NCBI RefSeq assembly: GCF_009914755.1
Contig: NC_060929.1
Length of the DNA stretch: 64,000 bases
Strand: one strand, 5' to 3'
Source of the DNA: the human T2T-CHM13v2.0 reference genome, Homo sapiens
Positions 53,193-64,000 of this stretch are shown piece by piece. The notes beneath the pieces were generated by a model. That model was given only the letters and a program-made list of their open reading frames with translations, had not been told where the DNA came from and searched no databases. Both the position numbers and the translations under genes were made by a program. Position 1 is the stretch's first letter. Each line of letters starts with the position of its first letter.

Positions 53193-56100
53193 AAATCTAA
53201 GAATTCTTTGCCTACAACTCAATCCCAAAATTTTCATCCAATTTTTTTCTAACACAGAATGCAAAACAGTTTTGCAAATTACACTTTAGTCTGCAATCCA
53301 TTTTGGGTTAATTTTTATGTGTAATAAAATGTGAGGTGTATGTTGAGGTTCATATTTATTTATTTTCCCGTAGATGTGCAATTGCTCCAGTGCCATATAT
53401 TGAAAAGGCTGTTCTTCCTCCATTGAATTGCTTTTGCACCTTCATCAAAAGTCAGTTAGGCATATTTGTTTGGCTCTATTTCTGGGTTTTCTGTTCAGTT
53501 CCACTGATATATGTGTCTGCCCTTCTACCAATATTATACAATTTTGATTACTATAGCTACATAATAAGTCTTGAAATTAAAAAGACTGATTTCTTTCACT
53601 TTATTAAAAAATTTAAAGCTGTTTTTCTTCCTTTACTTTTTTATATAAATGTTAGAAAGATGTTGCCCATATCTACAGAAATTCTGCCTGGGATTTTGAA
53701 AGGAATTGGATTAAACCTATATATCTATTTAGGGAAAATTAATATCCTTAATATGTTGAGTCTACCAGTCATTAAATACAGCCTGTCTCTCTATTTAGAT
53801 TTTTTTTATTTCCTTCATCGGCATTTTGTAACTTTCAGCACATAAATACTGTTTATGTTTTGTTGAATTTACATTCAAGTACTTCATTTTTTGAGTGATT
53901 GTAAGTTGTATTTTTAATTTTGGTGTTTATGTGTTCATTGCTAGTATAATGAAATAGAATCCATTTTTGTATGTTCATTTTCTATCCTATGACCTTGTTG
54001 AACTCACTTAGTATTTTTAGGAGATTTCTTGTAGATTCCTTAGGAACTTTTGTGTAGGCAATTATACCTACAAATAGAATTAGTCTTGTTTCTTTCTTCC
54101 TAATCAATGTAATTTTTATTTCCTTTTCTTGATATATTGTATTGAATAGAACTTCCAGTAATATGGGTGAGTAAGAGTGATAAAAGCAGATGTCTTTGTT
54201 TTATTTCTGATCTTTGAGGGAAAGCGTTAAATTTTTCATCATTAAGTATAATAGTGGCTTTAACCAGTTGAGGAAATTCACTTCTATTTCTAGTTTTCTG
54301 AGAGCTTTTGGTATGAATTAGTGTTGAATTTTTTCAAGTGCTCATTCTCAAGTGGAATGATCATGTGATATTTTTCTTTAGTCTGTTAAATGGTGGATTA
54401 CACTGATTGATTTTCAAATATTGAACTAACCTTACATCCCTGAAATTAGCCCACTTTGTCATGGAATATACTTAATTTCTCTAAAATATTATTGAATTCT
54501 ATTTGCTTATATATTCTTAAGAACTTTTACATGTATTTTCATGAGTGATATTGGCTAATGATTTTTTTTTTTTGTACTATCTCCCTATGATTTTGATATC
54601 AGGGTAATAATAGCTTCATAAAATGAATTAGGCATGTTATCTTATATTTTCTGGAGGAAAGTGTGTAAAGTTGGTGTTAATTCTTCTGTAAACATTGGGA
54701 ATAATTCTCCAGTGAAATCATCTGGGCCTGATAATTTATTTTGGGAGAACTTTAAGATTATGAATTCAATTTTCTTAATAGTTATTGTACTACACAAATT
54801 ATTTCGTTCTGAATTAGTTGTTGTACTTTGTGATTTTCAAGGAATTGGCCTATTTCATCAAAATTGCTAGAGTTTTGCATGTAGAATTGCCACAGTATTC
54901 CCATATTATCTTTTTAATATCTGCAGGATCTGTCATGATATTCCCTGTTGTATTAGTATTGGTAATTTGTGGATTTTCTTTTTTTTCCCTTTGTCAGTCT
55001 TGCTAGAGTTTTGTCAATGTAATTGATCTTCTCAAAGGGTGAGGTTTTAGTTTTATTGATTTTTTGTATTGTTTTTCTGGTTTCACATTAATTTGTGATT
55101 AATGATTTCTGAATTTTATTTTCTTCTATTTATTTTGTGTTCATTTTTCTTTTCTTTGTCTAGGTTCTTGAGGTAGGAGTTTAGGTTACTGATTTCAGAC
55201 TGTTTCTCTGTTCTAATGTAAGCATTTAATGCTGTAAATTTCCCTCTAAGCACTGCTTTAGCTGTGTCCCACAAATTTTTATATGCTGTACTTTCATTTT
55301 TATTCAGTTCTTTTGGAACTTCCTCTTTGATCCATGGATTATTTAGAAATGCATTGTTTATCATTCTGTTGTTGATTTCTAGTTTTCTTCCTTTGTAGTC
55401 AGAGAACACACTTTGTATGGTTTCAATCCTTTAAATTTGTTGAGGTTTGTTTTATGGTCTAGGATATGATCTATCTCAGTATAGGTTCCATGGGCTCTTG
55501 AGAAGAATGTGTATTCTGCTGTTTGTCTGGTGGAGTGTTCCATAAATGTCAATTAGATCCTATTGGTTGATAGTGTTGTTGAGTTTTCTATATTCTTGCT
55601 GATTTTCTGCCTAGTTATTATATCAATTGTTGAAAGAGGGCTATTGAAGTTTACAACTGTAATTGTAGACTTGTCTATTTCTCTTTTCAGTTTCACCAGT
55701 TTTTGTTTCAGATATTTCATAACTCTGTTGCTTTTTGTACACACATTTACGACTTCTATGTTCTCTTGGTAGAGTCACCCTTCTAACATTATGTAGGGCC
55801 AGGCTCAGACAATGATCCATGCCTGTAATCCCAGTGCTTTTGGAGGCCAAGGTAGGAGGACTGCTTGAGGCCAGGTATTTGAGACCAGCCTGGGCAACAA
55901 GGTAATATCCCATTTCTACAAAAAATAAAATAAATTAGCCGGGCATGGTGGTGCACACCCGTAGTCCTAGCTACTCCAGCGGCTGAGGCAGGAGGATTGC
56001 TTCAGGCCAGGAGTTGAAGGCTATAGTGAGCTATGATCATGCCACTGCACTCCAGCCTGAGTGACAGAGTAATATGCTATCTCTAAAATAATAATAATAA

Positions 56101-56400
56101 TAAATTTTAAAAAATATTGTGTAATGTCACTCTGTATCTGGTAAATTTCTCTGCTCATAAGTCTATTTTATCTGATATTAATATAACTATTCCCACTTTC
56201 TTTTGATTAACTTTTACATAATATGTCTTTTTCTATCCATTTACTTGTTATATTTATTTCAAATATTTGAAGTAAGTTCCTTGTAGACAGCAGGTAATTG
56301 AGTCATGTTTTTAATATGTTCTGCTAATCTTTGTCTCTTAATTGGTATATGTGGATATACTTTTATCCATATAATTTACTTCTTTAAAATTTAATAATTA
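53193..56400 (-). mobile_element. L1M element, continuation (decayed ORF2), interrupted by an AluJ
   Basis: ORF2 fragments '[23 protein letters not shown]', 'KSTITVVNFNSPLSTID'. Confidence 0.85.
55797..56102 (+). mobile_element. AluJ-type SINE
   Basis: 'ggaggattgctt...agtgagctatgatcatgccactgcactccagcc'; TSD-like aa(c/t)att(a/g)tgta. Confidence 0.92.
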
Positions 56401-56464
56401 ACTAATGCATACACAGTGTATAAAATCTTAAAGATACTAAAGAGTATCTGATATTAAAAACATT

Positions 56465-56772
56465 GGACTGAGCATGGTGGTTTATGCCTATAATCCCAGC
56501 ACTTTGAGAGGCAGAAGCAGAAGGATCATCTTGAGGCCAGGAGTTTGAGAGCAGCTTGGGCAATGTAGTGAGATCCTGTATGTCCAAAAATAATTATATA
56601 CATATATAAGCTGGGTGTGATGGTACATGCCTGTAGTTCCAGCTACTTGGGTGGCCAACGTGGGGGAATCTCTTGAATCCAGAAGTTCAATGCTGTAGTA
56701 AGCTATGATCATACCATTGCACTCCAGCTTGGGTAGCAGAGTAAGACCTTGTCTCTAAAAGAGAAAAAAAAA
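56465..56772 (+). mobile_element. AluJ-type SINE
   Basis: Diverged dimeric Alu with J-type 'agctatgatcataccattgcactccagc'. Confidence 0.9.
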
Positions 56773-56774
56773 TA

Positions 56775-57020
56775 TTAAAAGGTCAATCCCGTTCCATTCC
56801 ACCTCTTTCCCCAGTCCTCCCATCCCCTTCCCAAGAGGTAACCATGTTTTCCAGTTTTATGTTGTCTTCTATCAGAGTTAGTCTACATAATGAAAACATA
56901 TACAGGACTATACAAAATACAAATGAGAACAAAGTATATATACTGTTCTACTTGTTGTCTTATATATAATTAATAGCAAATCTTGAAGATCTTTTTGTAT
57001 TGGTACATATAGAATACCGG
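56775..57020 (-). mobile_element. L1ME-like 3' fragment
   Basis: 'ccccttcccaagaggtaaccat' L1ME 3' UTR-like motif. Confidence 0.45.
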
Positions 57021-57509
57021 CAACATTTAAATAAAAATATTTCCTTCCAGCTTCAAAAGTCTTAGAAGTCAATCTCAGGAAGTATGTTCTCTTACAGAAG
57101 ATTAAATCTAAAAATCTGCATGAGTTGAAACATTTAAGGAGCAGAATGGAGATTGTAACTTATAATGAAATATGTAAATTGGTAAATATTTAGAGCATGA
57201 ATAAGAAATAATTTTGAAGAAACATGATGGCAATCTATTTATAAGCCATACATTTCCGGAGAGTTGTGAAGTTACTTACCAGCAACTGCCTATATGGCTA
57301 ACAATAATGGAGTAAGACCAAGAAAAGAAAAGGCAATATTTTAAGTCAAAATTTAGCTCTGGAAACTTTGTGAAATACTTCATGTCAGTATTACCTTATT
57401 ATTGTTACTACCCAAATGGAGGAAAGCCTAATACTCCATGAAATAAAACAAAATTCTAGATCTTAGAACTTTTCTAAGTTCTGAATGAATTGCAAAATAA
57501 AGACTGGGC

Positions 57510-57715
57510 GATTCATCTATTTAAACAAAGACATGTTAGCTACTTACTGTGTTTGAGACACAGTTCTAGTCAAAGAATAAGATAGACAAGGTCTCTGCAA
57601 TCTTGGAGCTTACATTCTGGGGAAGGCAGTGAGAGGAGAGAAAATTAAAACGTAAAAACAACACAAAACAAAAAAGCCAGGTGGTGGTATGCACTGTGAT
57701 GAGAACAAAGCAGGG
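57510..57715 (-). mobile_element. L2 fragment
   Basis: 'aagatagacaaggtctctgcaatcttggagcttacattctgggg'. Confidence 0.6.
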
Positions 57716-58496
57716 TTATGTTTTACCAAGACACAAGAAGATTGTTTTATAGTATTTGGTGTTAGAAGATGATGTTACACTGAGAAGCTCAGGAAACCAT
57801 ATCCATAATCCAAGAAAAAGTCTTTTGCTTACATTTCTGAAGTTTGCTCTGTCCTCCTCTGACCTCTTTCTGGCCAAATTCTTAAAGCCATAGTGTAATT
57901 CCACATTCTTGGTAAAGCCTTCTAAAATATTCCTGCCAGGAAGAAGAGAGTGCACCTGATGTAGTAGCCACTGTAAGAACTGTGTTGGAGAATGATCCGA
58001 TTGGCCAGTGCAAGAGGGATTGCAGAGAAGAAGAAACCACAAGCAGAAAAACCAGATGAGGAAATTAAGCTAAATATTAACTATCTCAAGAATATTCCCA
58101 GAAGTGACTGCTAAATTTAAATCCCTGCTCACAATGAAATACTGTACAGCAGGGGTTCTCAAACTTTTTGGTCTTAGGACCCTTACAGCCTTAAAAATTA
58201 TTGAGAACTCCAAAGAACTTTCAATTATGTGGGTCATAACTACTGATACTTACTGTATTATAACTTGAAACTGAAAAAATTTTTAAATATTTATAAACAT
58301 TTAAAAATAATAAACCCATTGTAAGCTAATGTAAATAGCATGTTTTTATTAAAAATCACTTTGTTTTCCAAAGCAAAAAATGTAGTGAGAAGAGAGGCCT
58401 TCTTTTACATTTTAATATCTGGCTTATGAGAAAATAGCTGAGTTTCTCATTTCTGCTTCTCCATTTAATCTGTTGGTGTATATTTTATTTAAAGTA

Positions 58497-59301
<805 letters not shown>

Positions 59302-59998
59302 TATATGAAAAAAATCCAACCTCACACGGGTAAGTAATAAATTGCTTTTTAAAAATGTGGATATTCTTCTTTATAATACACCAAGAGTTGAAAAGTGGTA
59401 GTGTCTTAAAGATTGGTTTCAGTATGGATTCTGAAACCATGTCAATGAACTTCCCATTTTCTATGAAATTAAAATCCACTGGTCTACCTTGTACTTTGAG
59501 TGGATCTTTTACCCACACATGATTTTGTGTTATACATTGGTGATTTGGGCAATATTCATTCACTGAATTACTCAGATCCTACAAATGTTTCAATATTTCT
59601 TTATATAATACTTTTTAAAATCAGGAAGTCTTCAAGATCATGGTGGTGGATATGTTTTCCAGAACTCTAATTTTAGTTTGAAAGCTCAAGTTTTATCATT
59701 AGCATCAAATGCTGACAGTTGCTTTTCTGGAAGTTACAGGCTCACTTCATTTATTTTTGAGAAAATGTTTGCCAAGTACCTAAGTCTGAATAACAACAGT
59801 TTTCCCGTCATTCCTTTAAATAAAATTGCTTTTCATGACAAAAGTGACTAGTTTAACTTAACAACTCAACTGATTCTCCTCATGAGCTCTTTTTATCCAT
59901 TGTGCTTTCTGTTGCAGAAGTATTTTATAAGCACTTTACATCACACAGAAAATATTAAAAAGATGTGTACTCAAGAGTTGAGAAGTAATAAAATTATT

Positions 59999-60305
<307 letters not shown>

Positions 60306-60593
60306 AAATTAAATTTTTTTTTTTTAACCAAGAACATTATTAAGTTAAACTAGCTTTATGGAAAATAATTGTTTCTTTCTGTTGATTGGTAGTGCATGGT
60401 GTTGAAAAGTAAGACAGTGATGACTATAACCATTTGGTGCCGCTCCCTTGATTTGTGGTAAGGTACCAGCCATTTTTCCCACTATTGCTTTTGTGCTATC
60501 AGTGCAATGAAAAAGGCAAATTATGTGTTCCTGTACTTATGAAAATAGTTTACTTCTGGATCACACTTGTGAACCACACTTTGAGAACAGCTA

Positions 60594-60945
60594 CTGGACA
60601 AAAATGTGAATGGATGATCTATTACTATGCACAACAATATGGATGAGTGTCAGAAATATAATGCTGAATGACGGAAGCCAGACCCAAAATAATACAGGCT
60701 CCAGGATCTTTTATATCTAAAGTACAGAAACAGGAAAAACTTAACTTTGGTGTTGGTAATTAGGAGAAGGGTTATCCTTAGGGATGCTGAGTGGAATGAG
60801 GCATGAGGCATGGTTTGCTGTGAATGTTCTTTCCTGAGCTAGACATTGGTTACGAGGGTCTGTTCAACTGTGAAATTCATTAGCTGTACGCTTATAATAT
60901 GTACACTTTCTGTGTGTATGCTATATTTCAATGAAAAGTTCAGAA
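60594..60945 (+). mobile_element. L1ME-like 3' end; its upstream part is at ~58120-58149
   Basis: 'acaacaatatggatgagtgtcagaaatataatgctgaatgacggaagccagac' joins 'caatgaaatactgtacag' across Charlie1. Confidence 0.7.
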
Positions 60946-61834
60946 AATAATACTTATGTTCTTGTGTTTTGTCTCCTACCTCAGTTAATTGAAAGTTCTG
61001 GGGGGTGGCCTCTGAGTAGTAATAATCAAGAAAAAGTGACTGTTTGCTTTTTTCGATGCTAGCAATATTAGCTGTTTAAAAGGTTTTGCATGGGTTCAAA
61101 TTACAGTCTATCGTTTTTAGGATGCTATGTGACTCACACTAGGTGAACACTGACCATGTTTTCCTATGGAATTTTTTTAAATGCAGTATATGTGGTTGGA
61201 TGCAAGCTGTCTATGGGTTTCTGACCTTCAATGCAATTTTATATTTTCAGTTGATTGTTGTATCTGGAAGGAGATCATAATGAAGCAGAGGCCCTATATT
61301 ATGCCTGTGGTCCAGCAGAAGGGGCTGGCTGACATGGAAATAATGTATTACATTTATTCATGCTATGGCATAATGAACTAAAAATATTCTGCTGGAGAGG
61401 TAGAATTAGAACCAAAAAACATTTTAGGCATTTGGCCTTTGCTAAAATAATATTTCTCTCCCAGTCTTCTCTTCCACCTTCCCTACACATTTAAGTTTTC
61501 TTCCTCTTCCAGCTTGGCTAAGGCCCTGCCTCACCCACAAAGCCTTTCCCAACTTCTGCTGCCTGTGGCTACCTCCCCTCTTCTGAACTCAGCACTCTTT
61601 TATATTGCCGACCCTCCAGTTTATTTGTTCATTAATTTAATTTATGTTGGTAAACTTATCTAACTCCTACATGTGCTAGGTTTAGGATCCAAAGACAAAT
61701 ATTTCAGACGAGCTGGATAGAAAGACAAGTGAAAAGCTCACTTCAATAAGGTCTGGCAAGTGTGACACTAGAGAGAGGCACAGCAGGCCGGGAGAACACA
61801 CTGGGAGGCACCAAGTGGGTCAACATCAGGGGAA

Positions 61835-62070
61835 GTTTAGAGTCAGGCAGCCCTCAACTTGAGCCTTTGCTTTGTTATGTACTGTGTGGGGTGTTTGGCA
61901 AGTTACTTAAGGTCACTAAATCTCAGTTTCTTCAGGTGAAAAGTGGAGATATTAGGTGTTCCTATCTTAGGGGCATTGTGAGGAATAAATGAAGCTGTGT
62001 GCAGAACAGCTACGTAGTATATGCCTGGCACAGGATAAGTGCTCAGTTAATGTGAGGTATTATCACTATT
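61835..62070 (+). mobile_element. MIR
   Basis: 'tggcaagttacttaa...tctcagtttcttc...tgtgaggaataaatga...gcctggcacag'. Confidence 0.75.
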
Positions 62071-62488
62071 ATTTTTTATGTGTATGATTTCATGGCCCAT
62101 GTGGTGAATTGTTTGAGCTATGTCATGACAGATATATAATGTCAATTTAACCAAAAATTTTCATTTGTATTTCTTGAACTCATAGAGGTTCAGGCTTAGC
62201 ACATAATCACACTCCTCAAGAACATCTCTTATTTTTCTTCCCCATCTACTTCTATTATGCGTTCAGGAGCTGGCCTTCCTAAGACGCTTCATTCAAAACT
62301 ATTTTTTGGTTCTCATCCATTTTGCCCCTGTCTCATAGCCCCAAAGTGGCTGTCACAAACCTATGAGACAGGCATTATACCCATTTTATAGATAAAGGAA
62401 GTGAGCCTCAGAGAGCTACTAAATAACTGATCCAAGATTATACAGCTAATAAGTGGCATTGCCTAGTCCATGTCAAAGTTGCCAGCCT

Positions 62489-62640
62489 GGCCAGGCATGG
62501 TGGCCCATGCCTGTAATCCCAGCACTTCGGGAGGTTGAGGCAGAAGGATTGCTTGAGCCTAGGAGGTCAAGGCTTCAGTGAGCCATGTTTGTGCCACTGC
62601 ACTCTGGCCTGGGCAACAAAGTGCGGCCTTGTCTCAAATA
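62489..62640 (+). mobile_element. Alu monomer (FRAM-like or collapsed AluJ)
   Basis: Single arm from 'ggccaggcatggtggc' to 'cctgggcaacaaagtgcggccttgtctc'. Confidence 0.85.
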
Positions 62641-62800
62641 AAAAGAAGGAAGGAAGGGAAGGAAGGAAAGGAGGGAGGGAGGAAGGAGAAAGCAAGAAAG
62701 GGAAGGAAGGAAGGCAGGCAGGCAGGAAGGAAGGAAGGAAGAAAGGAAGGAAGGAAGGAGAGAAAGAAAAGAAAAAAGAAAAGGAAAAGAAAGAGAAAGG
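62641..62800 (+). repeat. (GGAA)n / GA-rich simple repeat grown from the Alu tail
   Basis: Near-pure purine tract 'gaaggaaggaagggaaggaagg...'. Confidence 0.95.
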
Positions 62801-62949
62801 TAGGTGGTTGGCATGTTTAATATCTCTTAAATTCCTTCTCATTGTCTCCACAGAAGACCCCACTCTGTCTCCTGCTAAAGGTCTGTCAGAGCCTGTACAA
62901 AGGTTTTAAGGTCACTTTCTTTTGGAGCAGGATGTCTGAAGCTGATGCT

Positions 62950-63255
62950 GTATGTTGCCCAATGAACAGCCATTCCTTTCCCCTTTCTTCCTTGTTGTTA
63001 AAGCCTGTCTCCCACGACAGAGACTGAAAATGCTAAATACTAGTTTTCCCTGCCTCTTTGTTGCTATGGTGTGGGTCTGTGACTCAGTCCTGGCTAATGG
63101 GACGTGAGGAGAAGTTTGCTCAGAGGCATCTGAAAAGGGTTTGTCTCCTTAGTACAAAGATATAAGAGGAGTCTCTACTCTCTTCCTACCCTTCCTGTTT
63201 TGAACATTGCTTTGTGAAGACATGATGCTTCGGGCTGTGGCAGCCATCTGGTGTC
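62950..63255 (+). mobile_element. MLT1-type LTR fragment
   Basis: 'tgtgactcagtcctggctaatgggacgtgaggagaagt...gctgtggcagccatct'. Confidence 0.7.
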
Positions 63256-63419
63256 TATAATGTTTTGTGCCCCCTCTTCATGCATTTTAATCTCAGATGG
63301 TAAAAGACACCCTCAAGTACACTAGGACTTACCTATAATTAATTGAGCTATTCAGAACATGTTATGTAAATGTTAACATGACCATGGTAAAGAATAGAAT
63401 ATTTTAATGGAAATGTTTG

Positions 63420-63590
63420 TGAGGAGGAATAAACCTTTGAAATTATCTAGATTATCAACTCTTCATTTCACAGAAAAAAGAAACTGATACCCAAAGCATT
63501 TAAACATCTTTCCTAAAATTATACTTGGTTAGTGACAGAGTCTGGCATAGAAGCTAGGCCTTCTGACTCTGTTTCAAACATTATTTCTGT
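63420..63590 (-). mobile_element. MIR fragment
   Basis: 'gttagtgacagagtctggcatagaagctaggccttctgactc'. Confidence 0.6.
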
Positions 63591-64000
63591 AAGACATTTT
63601 TTGATGAATAAGACATCACTCAGTTGGAGCTGTGCTACTTAAAATATTTGTGACGAGTAAGTGACCATCTGAAGTGATTCAACTTGTTTGATTCATTTTG
63701 TTTCTAAATAGTTCTAAGCTTAGTTGGCTATTTAGTGAGACTACCTGACATCCTTTTTTTCTGAGAGTCTTTCTTGAGTTTAGTAAGTTGTTTGAAACAA
63801 AAGTACCAAGATTTCAGTCATTCTGCAGCAGAGAAACCAACATTCCGTGATGCCCTTTGTCGGTATGATATTAGTCAGAGAAGGAAGAGTTGCATCACTC
63901 CCTAGTGCCATTATTTGTAATTGTGTGCTTCACTAAAGGAGATTACAATTAATTTTATTCACAACATATATTTTCAATGTTAAATTTAACAGAGTTTAGG

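Noticed and set aside
53336-53845. 169-aa plus-strand ORF
   Set aside because: Antisense frame of decayed L1 ORF2; T-rich composition gives spurious hydrophobic ORFs.
62535-62909. Lys/Glu/Gly-rich and Phe/Ser/Leu-rich overlapping ORFs
   Set aside because: Translation of an Alu monomer plus GA-rich microsatellite.

Overview
Primate, most likely human or great-ape, non-coding DNA: AT-rich, CpG-poor, with no CpG island and no host protein-coding exon I can recognise. Much of it is transposable-element debris: about 12 Alus (J/S/Y-like), L1PA and L1M copies mostly on the minus strand, L2/MIR/L3 fossils, MLT1 LTRs, and hAT, Tigger and mariner-like DNA elements. Family and subfamily names are from memory of consensus sequences, not from a search, and boundaries of old repeats are approximate. 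The main oddity is a minus-strand HERV-H provirus (9796-15388). It has an intact 5' LTR7, His-tRNA PBS and splice donor but no 3' LTR, yet it carries a perfect 5-bp target-site duplication (GTCCA) and ends on a CA in the polypurine-tract region. Other notable structures are a full-length U6 snRNA fused to an unusually long (~4.8 kb) L1 with TSDs, a probable L1 3' transduction, a tail-less Alu, a four-level nested TE stack and several unverified splice-flanked segments. I found no evidence of a novel multi-gene system.
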